Assembly: GCA_965655095.1 (NCBI GenBank)
Contig: OZ296655.1
Coordinates: forward strand, 14,632,001 to 14,696,000
Length of the DNA stretch: 64,000 nt
Source of the DNA: Haplodiscus bocki
Lineage: Eukaryota
Reading direction: 5' to 3'
Shown here: in pieces, positions 1 through 11,479 of the stretch
How the letters are laid out: every line of letters begins with the position of its first letter
How positions within the stretch are numbered: position 1 is the first letter of the stretch
Program-made: the position numbers and the translations under genes
Notes under the pieces: generated by a model
Seen by the model: the letters and a program-made list of their open reading frames with translations, nothing else
Database searches by the model: none
Told to the model about the DNA's origin: nothing

Positions 1-740
1 CCACTTTCCAGTGACTTGACAAAAACTTACGGACGTATAAGAAACCTGTCTAATGTCAATCCAAAGTCTAATTGCATTAAATGTAAAGGCATCAGTACTC
101 AGTTTTCGACTTGGTAGTAAGAAACGACTTCGGTAGTTCGAAGAAGAAATTTCAAAACTGGTTTACAGAGTTTTCCAGGTCTGCCACACAGGTCATAGCT
201 TTCACGTTCACACCATTACTTGCGGTATCAATAAGTTGACTAATGAAAGAATCGATTTCCATTCTGATCCGCTGTTGAAGGACACATTAGCAATGCCGTT
301 TCTTGCGTCAGAATTTATGTCATCATGAAATTTCGTCGGATACTCTACGTGTATCTATAATAAACAGAGTTGTAGTCTCGCAACCGCCCTCCGTTAAAAA
401 GACAAGAAAGTTTCTTTCGGTCATTAATGTAAACCTCGTAGTCTCCATTTTTAAAAATTAGGTTTGGGCGTAGCAAAAATGTTTCGGAGGTGTTGTGCTA
501 GACTTTTCCTTCATTGCAAAAGAAAACAGCATTTTGCAAGAAAATTATCTTCTCAATGGAAGCAATCGGCAAATCAAAATTTTCTGCGGATGATGGTACT
601 TTGATGGTTCTCGGAGATGATCCTGTTGTACACATGGTAGGATTGACAATCAAGTTGTGCGTGATCGTATTTTGACAAAGAACAATTGAAAGTGAGAAAA
701 AATCCAAAAAAAAAACGAAAAGTTTACCTGAACAGAACAA
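1..740 (-). pseudogene. Putative env/ORF3-like secreted protein of element A
   Basis: Follows pol. Hydrophobic start LFVFFLDFFSLSIVLC, then a Cys-containing frame that continues through stops and frameshifts to the window edge. Family not recognised. Confidence 0.4.
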
Positions 741-3700
741 ATTGTTGCTTAAGAGGGCGTTCGGTCACTTTTTTGATGGTGATAGTGGATGAGACCACCT
801 AAAAACTATCAGGCGCTATTTTGCAAACGGTAAACTGATTCGAATGATGTAAGCGGCTATATTGCATTTTCGATCAACCGTAGTGAAAAACAAATAGGTT
901 GCTCAACACATTGCCCATGTTTTCGACTACGAGTGCGCGGCAAAAATACTAAGAAAAAATTGAAAAACAGGCTAATCAAGTATAGCAGTATTAACTTTGA
1001 TAACTAGAAGAGGAGGGCAAGTGCTTTGAGCAGCATAGAATTTGCTGCAATGTAGCGATAGGCCTTGTCATTCGTTGAGTATAAGAATCGATTTGTCTTT
1101 CTAAAGTCAAAAGCAAAAAGTGAAAGTGATTCAGTTAAAAAAAGATTACAGATGAGAGGAGCAATTTGAAAAAGTGTAGTTAAAAGAAAGCAGCGAGGAG
1201 CAGTTTCCACACCAGTCGAGAGGAACATTTCACAGAATTTTAGTGTTTCGTGGCCGAGGAATGATATCAGCAGGAGTGTTGTCATCAGCAGCGCTAATCG
1301 ATTAGCTCGGAGTCAAAAGTTGACAATTATTAGGGAATCAGATTATATTGAAATACGAGAGCAAAAACGCTGAGGAATTCCTGAATCCCGTGCACTCACT
1401 AAGATTTTCGGCGTCGAATCAGAATTATTGTCTCTAAGTGGCCAGTTGAATCTCGCGTCCTTTCGTGACCGTCCAAATGTGTCAGGGAAAATCGGTAAGA
1501 AAAATCCTGTAATTGATATCATTTGGCGACTGTCGATTGGCTGGTTGAACTGAAACAATCATTTCTGCAAACTCGATATAGAAATGTTCGGTATTGTCAT
1601 TGACAGGATGGTCGTAAGAAGATAGCACGTTCGGAAAATCATTGTTTTGAGGGCAAAAATCAGTAACCTACGTTATCACATTAATTACGATGTACGGTCC
1701 TTTCCGGTTCTCGGGCAAACCTTGTCAATAATTAACTTTTCGAACTGATAAGCGTATCCAGGAAAACTTCTGCACTCGCGCGCTCTTACGTCTTTCATGG
1801 GTATTTCATGTTTTGATATCCATGGATATCCATGATCGAAGGGTTTTCAAAACTGAGTCGATCTCCTGGTTACTAAATTGTTACAGTCAAGATTGTCTGT
1901 GGTTAGTTTCAAAGTTTCTTGTGGTTCTTGTACAGCAAAAACAGATGGTGTCATATTGGCATTTGGTTTTTGAGGCGTATAAGATTTTTTCCATTTCAGG
2001 CTCCTCAACGGAATCTTCGTCATCATTTTAGCAACGTTGAGCGTCAATTTCTACATGATAGTTTTCATGGACGTCAGCTTTCACAATCATCGGCGGAGCT
2101 TGCTATTTCCATTTTGTGTTACACTTTCTTCTTTTCCGGGAAGATTCCAATACGTTCAAAAAAGCTTGTGGCGAATATGGGTTAAATGCCGCACAAATCA
2201 GGTTGGTACCGTCATTTTTGAAGTAAGTCCTTTTGTTTCCACTAAATGTGTGCAAACATCAGGGTAGAAGTCGTCGTTTGTATTGTCAGCAGATCTTATA
2301 TGGTCGATCAATTATTGATCTTCATGTCCACCATGGTTGAAAAACCTGATGTCTTTGGGAAATTCTTTGTGGCACAATTCGTGATTGCTCAGGTCTTTCC
2401 AGAAATCCAGATTTCCAAGTTAGTAAGTGGATTTATGATAACTTGGTAACGCAAGAGTCTGTGAGACAATCTTCCTTTCATTCTGTTAGACAATAAAAGG
2501 TACAGTAACGGCTTGTGATCACAAAATATCTTCATCGGATTCAATGGGTACCGGATTCATCGGTAACAAAGAGTCTATATGAACACTCAAAGGATGTTTT
2601 GGCATAGGTACGGCCACAACTGTTTTTTTTTGCTGATTCGGTTCTTAATGTCTGGAAAAGTTCATATTGTATCTGGTCCACTGGAAAGGGATATGGTCTT
2701 TCAATAGTTTAGGGAAAAATTTGGAATCCACAAATGAATTTCCTATGAAGCTACTGTGGAAGCCTAAACTTCCGAAGACGCGCACAACAATTCTTTTTTT
2801 TTGGGGCTGTCTGAGAAGACCTTTTAGATTCTTGACCTTTTCGCCATTTGGTTAAATTCCTTAGTCGGAAACAATGTGGCCGAGAGACTTTGTTTGCTTC
2901 TAAACCTAATGATCTCAAGCACCGCAGAAAAGACACCAAATTTCTCCACATATTCTGTTTAATTTTTGCTTGAGGATCACATCATCAAAGTAAGTGATAG
3001 CCTGTTTTTCGGCGATCATTTCAGTAAAATGGATCGTCATGGGAAATGGATTCCGTGTTCAAACATATCGTTTCCCGCAAATAACAAAATTAGTCAGTTC
3101 CTTTACGTCGTCTAAAAGAGATACTTGAACATAAGCCGAACTTACGCCACTCGTGTAGTAAGCACAATCAAGTTCAGTCAATAGCATCTTTACTGCCCCA
3201 AGAGGGCATGACAAGTTTGACACGTCAGTAATTGGAATGAGGTATCGAGCGTCAAACTCTAGTTTAACAGTGTCCCCATTGGATGATATGATGACATGAT
3301 TTGTGAAAATTTAACCCATTCCGAAATCATTTCCCACTAGGCGGGAAGATCAAGCACAATGCAGTTCAGTCAAAAGAACTTTAAACCGATCTCTAAAAAG
3401 TAGAGGGACTTCTGTAGGTTATTTGTGCATTTTTTTCAATGACATGAAATTCCAAGTCAATTTCTCATTCGTAGACTTCAAAAACCGTCAATGCTATTAA
3501 CTAGAACTCTCAAAGGGTGCTGTATTTCACCATTTCACAATCTGTGACGTCAGATTCCCAGAAATCAGAAAGTTCTTTCGGAAAATTACCTGCAGAGGGA
3601 GTGAATTCAGGGCGGAGTCTCCGCCAAAATCTTCCGTTTGACATCGTTAGCCATGCTTGGCATTCCGGTTTGCAAGGATTTTGCCTCATTGGAGAAATCT

Positions 3701-4235
3701 GTAGCTAACTCCTCTTCCGGCGTAGCCTTTTCTGAGGTGTTCTTTTGTACGTCAATCACTGCTGGAGAAAATATGTATGGTTCAGTTGAGCAAAGATGGA
3801 AGTCTTTATTCTATTTGAAATCAGAGGTACTGATGAATTCAATTGAATCAACATTATCAAAAACGCTTATCACGTGAGTCGTTTCTCGAGTACAATCGAG
3901 AAGAATGTAGAGTGTCACCAAAGACTGTCTTTGAGCAGTAAAGCTATTTAGATTTGGATTGTTCAGGATTAGTAGGTATTTTGACGAACAGAGAACACAC
4001 GATAAATCAATTCCACTGTCGAGAAACTCCTTGCATAATCGGTAAATTGTCCCTTTATGAAAATGTATTTACCTTCTGCAATGACGATCAAAATTCGCGT
4101 CGATTAGGGGCAATGGTTATGTCTTGCGTCAATTTTACGGAAAAAACGTGAAAAGTATGGAAAATGTTCATTCAAGTAGGGTGAAAGTTTCGGAGATTTG
4201 CGGGGCAGGACAGTTGAAAATAAGATTTTGGTTTT

Positions 4236-4526
4236 TCAGACCAGTGGAATCAACAAATTTCGCTTAAAAATCCATTCCACAAGTGTATCTACGGCAAGCG
4301 CAGATGGAAACACAATGTCCAGTTCATGGACATGGCACATCCATTTGCTGCAAAGTGAGTTTTCAAAAAGCGTCGCAATTAGGATGATTTGAAAAATCTC
4401 CATGAACGTGTCAAAATCGATAATGGAGCACGTTGCGCCAGTATCAATGAGAAACCAAGTGTTGAGGTCAACTTTTTCAATTGTATCTCCGAAGGCGCAT
4501 TGGGGGAAATTCTGAAGAAAAAACAT
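4236..4526 (-). pseudogene. Retropepsin-like aspartic protease of element A
   Basis: WFLIDTGATCSIIDF motif. Confidence 0.88.
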
Positions 4527-7049
4527 TGGCCGGGCAATCCACCTAACGCCGCGCCAGAATTCTTGTTTGATGCTTCACTTTCTTGTCTTGGAGACTTGAT
4601 TAATTTTCAGAGCTGCATGACAGTAGCATGTCAAAAAAGGAATTCAAATTATTAGATCTAGCTTCTAATTGAAAAGTTGAAGGACGAACTGTTACTTTCA
4701 TTTCGATTTTTCCTCAGCATTATAAGACTATCGCGGCGACCTCGTTGCCCATTTAGTCTTTCATCTGGTTTAAATCTCCTCTCATTATACTTACTGAGAG
4801 AATTCGTCGGTTTGGGTACTCAGAAAAGGTTTCGGTCGGTATTTGGGTACTTGTTTTTCCCTCACTAAGTTTCTTTTCCTTTTGGGTGCCCGACAAAAAT
4901 TGCGTCCCTGTTTTTTGGATCAAGTGCAAAATTGAATGAAAACTTGTTTCGTCTTGGGACTCTTCGCATCGAATGTCGCATTGATCTGATAATTCTTGAC
5001 CATGTAGTTGGAAGTCATTCAGAGTTCTTTCAATGTGCCTGAAGCGTGAATCATCAGTTGCAGTGACAGGATGAGAATTTGTGACTGCAGGCAGGCTTTC
5101 AGCACTGACTATTAAATTCGTGTCTAAGTTTGTTGTAGTGTCTGTAATGCGTCCCATGTTTTGTAAGGATCTTCAATCACGGTTCGGGGAACATTTTGTT
5201 TGAGTCGTGTGGAAGTCCAAACTCGTAGTATAGTAGTACTTATACTTTTCTATTTCTTGATTAAAGCAACCTGTTCACGCATTTCCGTCTTAGACCAAAA
5301 ACGTTTGTCATCCATTCTCAACTAACGTATGTAGCTGATAAAACATTCATCGGGCTGTCTTTTTAAACATCGGGCCTCGAATCGGAATCGGTACCATTAG
5401 TGAATCGAGTGATAAAGTAAGTTCGAATCTCGTTCCATGCTGGAGTAGCCTGTAGAGCCTCAACCAAATCGGCAGCTGGTCTTCGAAAGACGGATCCGAA
5501 AACGGATTCCATTCGGTCGTCCCAAACAGTTTGTCCAGTGTTTTAATTTGTAGAAAACGATTTTCTTTCCCAATAAGCGTATGATAGCTGTTGGCTCGCT
5601 GCTTGAGTCAATTCCAATGAAACTCTCAAAGTAGCTCTGGATATGCTACAGTAATGGCGATTCTCTATTAAAAAAAACTTTTGTGCTCACATTTTGAGCT
5701 CTCACATTTTGTGCTCTGCTCTTACAATTTGTTCGACAAAACAATTTCAATGAGTTGCAGTTTCTTCGCTCTTTTAATTTTCGATTATTCTGTAATGGAG
5801 TGTTATTGATTCTTCAAAATCAATAGTGGAAGAAGTAAAATTGGACGCTTCTGTGTAGTTACGCCTTGACTCGGAATAAATCCAAGGCAGCAGGCGAGTT
5901 GATAGTCAGGCATTCCAAAATTCGTGTTTTGTGCAATTTATTCATAACGCCTATGTCACAATAATACTGTTCCGCGGAGCTTGCACATGCTCATATTGAA
6001 GCCAGCCCCAAATTATATTCTTCATGCGTTAATTTTAGGAAATACTTGCTTTGAAAACTTCGATTTTGCAAGATAGGTCCCACCCGAGGGAAAAGTGTAC
6101 CTGCGGGGTGTAATTGTACCGAGTGGGGAAAGAAGTTTTTTCCTGTTAGCAACAGATGATGTGAACCGGGGAACTCAAGCTTGTGGTACCTACTTTCGGA
6201 TAAGTCTCTTGAAAGTTACAAAATGAGCGTAAATTTTGGAGAAGATTTCACAAAAGATGAATTCGTGAGCCCAACATTTTCTGATAAAGCGAACATTGAA
6301 TTAAATTGCAGACGCTTTGTCCATTAAAATTAGAAAAAACAATGGCTAAGGAGAAATTGCAGAACGCAGAGATAAAAGAGTCTTTTACCTTTATCATGCT
6401 CCGCCGACAATGACTGCTTATATTGCATTCCAGCTCAGAAGTTGTTTTGTGGTGTCGCTTTTTCTAATCGAGCATAAAGGGATGGCATTTTTCAATTTTC
6501 CCTGAACAGATCAATATTCGTTCAAAAAATAGGAGACGCAGTCGCAGAGCAATATTTACCGTCAAGGAGATATGAAAATGATTGATCAAACATATGAGTC
6601 GTTTTTGATTGGGACCTTGTCGGGAGAATTCAGGCGATTTTTATTTGAATCAAGAAAATATCATATTCTACTACTCTACTATATTGAGCTCAAAATAAAA
6701 ATTCAATACACTTGCACAAGCAGTGTTATATCGCAAAAGACCTCTAGAAATATATTAGATTGAGTATCGACAAAATAACAGTGACAGTTACACTTTTCAG
6801 CATTTTCGGCTCTTCAAGTCTGCTGATTTTGAAAGATTCAAGCATATTAAATTCGAAGACCCTCCTGCCTAAGAAACGCGATCAATAAAACCTTGATGGA
6901 AGAAGTGAAGCCAAAAATTATGGAGAAACGAAAATAAGAAAAAGCATCTCAAAATTCTTATACCTTTTTGGCATTTTTGGACTATCAGGATTACGACGCA
7001 AAAAAGAAGATCCATCATTTCCTTTTACCAAAAAGCCCTACTCAGTTAG

Positions 7050-9210
7050 AGGAGTGTTGCTTGAGTCCTTACTGCAAGAATTCAAGCCCGTAGTTTTGGG
7101 GAAAAACGATATCGAAAACCTTGATGTAACTATTGATCACAGTTTTGGCACTTTCGGCTGGTCAAGAGACCCAACCAAAAAAAAACACTGAAGGCTCAGT
7201 GCTAGGCTCATATCAACAGCTTCTCAGAAACAAAAAATCATGACAACACTTTGTAAACCCAACCTCGATTCATAACGGATTTGAAAAAAAATCAGGCCAT
7301 CAAAATGTAATCAAAACAGATCGAACTTAATTATTTTGCGAGAAAAACCTATCGAAAAAATTCTGACTGCACCTGAAACATAAGTTTCAAAACGAATGGG
7401 GTGAACTTGTTTTTGAAATGCCAAATCACTTTCATTTTCTGTCTTTGCTTCCGGGATATAGGATTAAAAACTCATGAAACTTACAAAAGGTCAAAAATCA
7501 CGATCTGGAAGTTAGTTTAGTTGAGAATACATTGAAAAATTTTCTGATCCAAAATTAATGAAAAATGAATGGAAGCACTCTGTTACCGTAATAGAGGTAG
7601 ATTGGAGAGGTAACTGCTAGAACAAAATGAATCTAGACAAAAAGTTCAGAGCATCAAAAACAGCTCGCTCTATTATCACGTTCTGACGACATAAACCTTA
7701 GTGAAAAACATCCTGAACTAAACAACACGTCCAAAGATAGAACAATGAAGTTCCCATGTTAAAATAATGGAGAATCTGGGTGATTTTCAGGCTTCTTTTG
7801 AGACATAGTACTACAATTAACGATGAAAGACAAAAATTGCAGAAAATAGATCGACTTCCAAGTTTCTCTCGCTAAGAGATTTATCGGGTAGTTCTGTAAT
7901 CTGTGACCACAGCCAAACGGTGAACGAAAAAAACTGACGCCTGAAACCAATCCTTGGCAAAAACAAGATTTTTGTTGCAATTACTTTCAGTATATTAGAC
8001 CCCAAAAAAATCAAAACTCGATTTTCATCTTTCTTCGCGCAGAAAAAACCGATTTAGAAGCCTTGACACCGAAACGAAAAGATTCCAAACACAAATGGAA
8101 GTGTTTGAGTAGGGTTATACATAGATCAAGGCAGTCGAAGACCTATGTGCCAGTGAGAGACATCAAATTCAAATATGTTGGGGAAACTTAAATGAGCTCG
8201 ATTTTCAAAATTCGCTCGCAAAAAAAGCCCCCTGAAAAAATCGTCTCATAAATCAAATGTAATAGATTCATTATTCGTGCCTTTTTCCTATGCAATTCCA
8301 AACTAAGATTTTTTCTCTTCCTATTTGCTTGGAAGAGTTGCTTTCAGTAAGAAGGACTAAATTATGCTGAAAGCTCCAGTTCCAAGATGTGTTCGCAAAG
8401 AAACATATCGAAAAACTTCATCACCGCACCTAGAATTGTCTTTCCGATCTGATAGATTTCAGCCTTCCTGCTATGTTTAGTCGAAAATTGTAGTACACTG
8501 AGGTGCTAGGCGTCAAATTGTAGGATTTGAAACAGAAATAATCGAATTATGAAAGACGCTCGATTTTCATGTTTCTTGCGAAGAAAAACCAATCGAAAAA
8601 CTGCCCCGCCGCAACTAAAAATCAGTATGTGTAAAAACAGTCCTAACAAAATGCGTGACCGAAATGGAGGCAACCTGTAGCCTTACATGTGGAAACGAAA
8701 GACTTATAAGACAATTATCTTCAAAGTACTTGAAATTCGCAAGACTTTCATACCTCTTCTAATATGGCAAAAATCGTATCCAACTTGACAAACTTGGCGC
8801 GATTCTGACGTTTCTTTCGCACAAAAAACATCGAAAAGTAGTCGGACAGCAATTGAACTTCAGTATGTCACAAAGATTCTTATTGTGAAGCTTGTCTAGG
8901 ATTGAGGCCATTTCAGGGCTCTAGAAACGAACACAAACGAATCAAAATATGACGAAAATCGAATCCAAGTTGACAAAATTGGCTCGATCCTCGAGTTTTT
9001 CGCAGAAAAAAACATCAAAAAATGTAGCACAACCAAAAAGCAGTGTGTGCTAAAACAGCGTCTCCTCGATAGTTCTGCGTAAAATGCAGGCAAAGTGGAG
9101 CCTAACATGTGGAATTAAACGGCCTACAAAATCGGTCAAACTGGCCAAACATAGCTCGGTTTTTAAGTTTTAATCGGAAACATCAAAAAAACATCGGACC
9201 GCAGCCAAAA
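7050..9210 (+). repeat. Ancient degenerate tandem array, ~180-bp unit
   Basis: Recurring motif ctcgattttca..tt(c)gc.aaaaa..atcgaaaaa at ~8015, 8195, 8373, 8556, 8797, 8981, 9153; weaker copies near 7080 and 7320. Confidence 0.7.
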
Positions 9211-11384
9211 AACCCAATGTGGAAGTCATTATCGACACGGTTTTCAAAACTGGGTTCCAAGCGTCCAGAGGAACACTTTAGAGGAGTGTTTTGGAAAAGT
9301 AATAAAGTTTTAGGGACTTTGAGCGGAAAATATTCGGCGGGGTTGTCAAATCTGTTTCCTGAATATCCAGAGGAACATATTGTGTGAGCAAAAAAAAACG
9401 AAAATGTTTACTCCGAATGGGAAAAATCCGGAGAAAAAAAATTAACCTACTGAGGGTAAAACTTTTCCATTCGTAATTTAATTAGACGAAAAAAACTAAA
9501 TGCTCGAAGAATCTCGCTTTGAACTCATATTCTCATTTAGTAATCATCTTTGAAAACTTTCATGTAGGAAATTGAACTAAATTACATCGATAGCGCATTG
9601 CTACGATGTCTTTTAACACATACATTTTGCAGCTCAAAGGTAAACGCGAAAACATGCAAGAACTTACTACACTGATGCCTTTGATTCATATTGTGCTCAA
9701 TGAGGTAAAGTACGATGCGAATTAAATTGGAAATTTTGAGAATGCTCAAATCAACCACCACTTTTACTTGGAGACGAAGTGAATATTGACGAAAAAAGCG
9801 ATAAAGTGATGCGAAATGATTTCGGTCTACTTATTATTTCTCGAACGGCGGCTCGAATTGTGAAAACGGATTCAAGCGTTAAATCGACTCTGGTTCATAC
9901 TGCAGATCACTTGAAGTCAGTTACTGATAAAAGGACTGACTGTATTTTGAAATTTTCGATGGAACTGTCTTAACTACTACCAGACGTTGATAACTCAAAA
10001 TTTTGTAAACTCGGCAATTCTGGAATGAAGCACTCTAGTGATGTCAATTTCTGTTTGAATTGAAGTCTTCCTAGTTCGATTCTGGAGAAAAAAGATTCTG
10101 AAGAAAATATTCAGAAGGAAATTTCTAGTATTCAATCACATTTCGTCCAAACATCAAAATCGGAGTTGACTGAATTTAAAAAATTTGATTAAATCACTAA
10201 ACCTTCACATTTGTCATAGAAGAATTCTGCTCGAAATTTGCTACATTCTGATAAGAAAGGTTAAAATTAAGCAGCTGATAATTTTAGGGATGAAGGTATG
10301 CACTGCAAAAACAGTTGCAGATGAGCTCCGAAGCACGCTGAAAAAGCATGTCTTTGCCGAAATTATTTCTTTAATTCCGGTGTAAATTGGTAGGTTTGTT
10401 TGCATAAGAAAAAAGTTAATCCGTGAGCAAACGCGATATTGACGAAACACTTTAATCACGTTTGAAAACCATTGGCGTCATCGAGGTCAGATAAGAATTG
10501 ATTCATTAAGGTTTAAATATCTGAAGGATGAATGAAAACAAGTTGAAAATAATATTTTTGAGCGAGAAAAACTAGAAAGAAAAGGTTATTTCTTCCATCG
10601 AAAATAAGAATGAGAAAATTCGCCCATCAAAACTAGCGCCTTGTTTTAAAGTTCAAAAATAAGTAAGAATGACTTTATGTAAACATTTTTGTGAGAGCGT
10701 TTAGCATTGTGAATGATAGCATCAGACTTCGGCATTTTTAGTAGTTAAAAGCACAAACAGTTGGCAGGACAAGAGGAGAAAAAGGTCCATTTTACGATTT
10801 CGTTGCAAAGTGTGGGTTTGCCAGATAAACGTGAATCACTTCTTAACAAGTATTGTTGTAGAAACAGCACTTTTTTTCCTGTCAAGAAAAGCTCACATTT
10901 AATTTTATGCATGTAGAACAATTTACAAATTGCAAGTTGAGATATCTATGATAGGGTCAAATATCCAAAAAACAGCACCAAAAATGCAGAAAAAATTTTA
11001 TTCTGCTAGACATTCAGTTTAATCTGGATGTATTAAAATCCACCGTTACGAAAGGGTACATTTTAACAGGATTAAAAACACCTTAAATCGAACCAAAATG
11101 TTTGAGGTGTTTAAAAAAGTTTCTATGTAACTGTTAATGCGATCGAGAAACCGTCTTACAAATCTTTAGTTGCTATCGTACGGGAATAGTTGATTTTCTA
11201 GTTGATGTCCGTCTCTTGACTAGATTTTCGAGGGTAAACTTATAAAACGTACGTAGACTTTGAGGCGCCAAAAACTTTCATTAATTTACTTAGAAGCAAA
11301 AGAAAGTACTTCCTAGAATCGACGAAACGAAACAAAAATGAATGAAAGTAAATAACTAGAAACTCGCTTCACTTTATCGCTCAG

Positions 11385-11479
11385 TTAGCCAGTCACGAAT
11401 CGATTAACTACAGATGCCCGAAAAGGCGCGAAGATGCGAAAAGTAAAATCTATAGAACTGAAACCTATCAGGTTAATGC
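11385..11479 (-). CDS. cux: Candidate Cux terminal exon (31-aa tail, no homeodomain)
   Basis: Strong acceptor tttttcAG after a 99-nt intron, phase-compatible; reads GINLIGFSS...RFVTG*. AATAAA on the minus strand at 11002-10997. No homology support. Confidence 0.45.

Larger units (their letters stand above)
1..5900 (-). mobile_element. Decayed Ty3/Gypsy LTR retrotransposon A (gag-PR-RT-RH, integrase core deleted, ORF3 with signal peptide; runs off the left edge)
   Basis: Gag-like text ~5400-5500 (PAADLVEALQATPAWNEIRTYFITRF). Protease LIDTGATCSII (ORF 4236-4526). RT SAYVQVSL..TNFVI..QAITYFDDVIL (~2970-3150). RNase H IFCDHKPLLYL (~2500-2530). GPY motif KGPYIVI (~1685-1705). Many stops and frameshifts. 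Confidence 0.88.

Noticed and set aside
7050-9210. CRISPR-like array
   Set aside because: Eukaryotic context, repeats far from identical, long spacing, no cas genes.
10430-10520. Minus-strand YLNLNESILI*PR*RQWFSNV resembling homeodomain helix 3, behind an acceptor-like site
   Set aside because: Two in-frame stops, wrong LNL-to-WF spacing, no R-x-K/R tail, and phase incompatible with the CUT3 exon.
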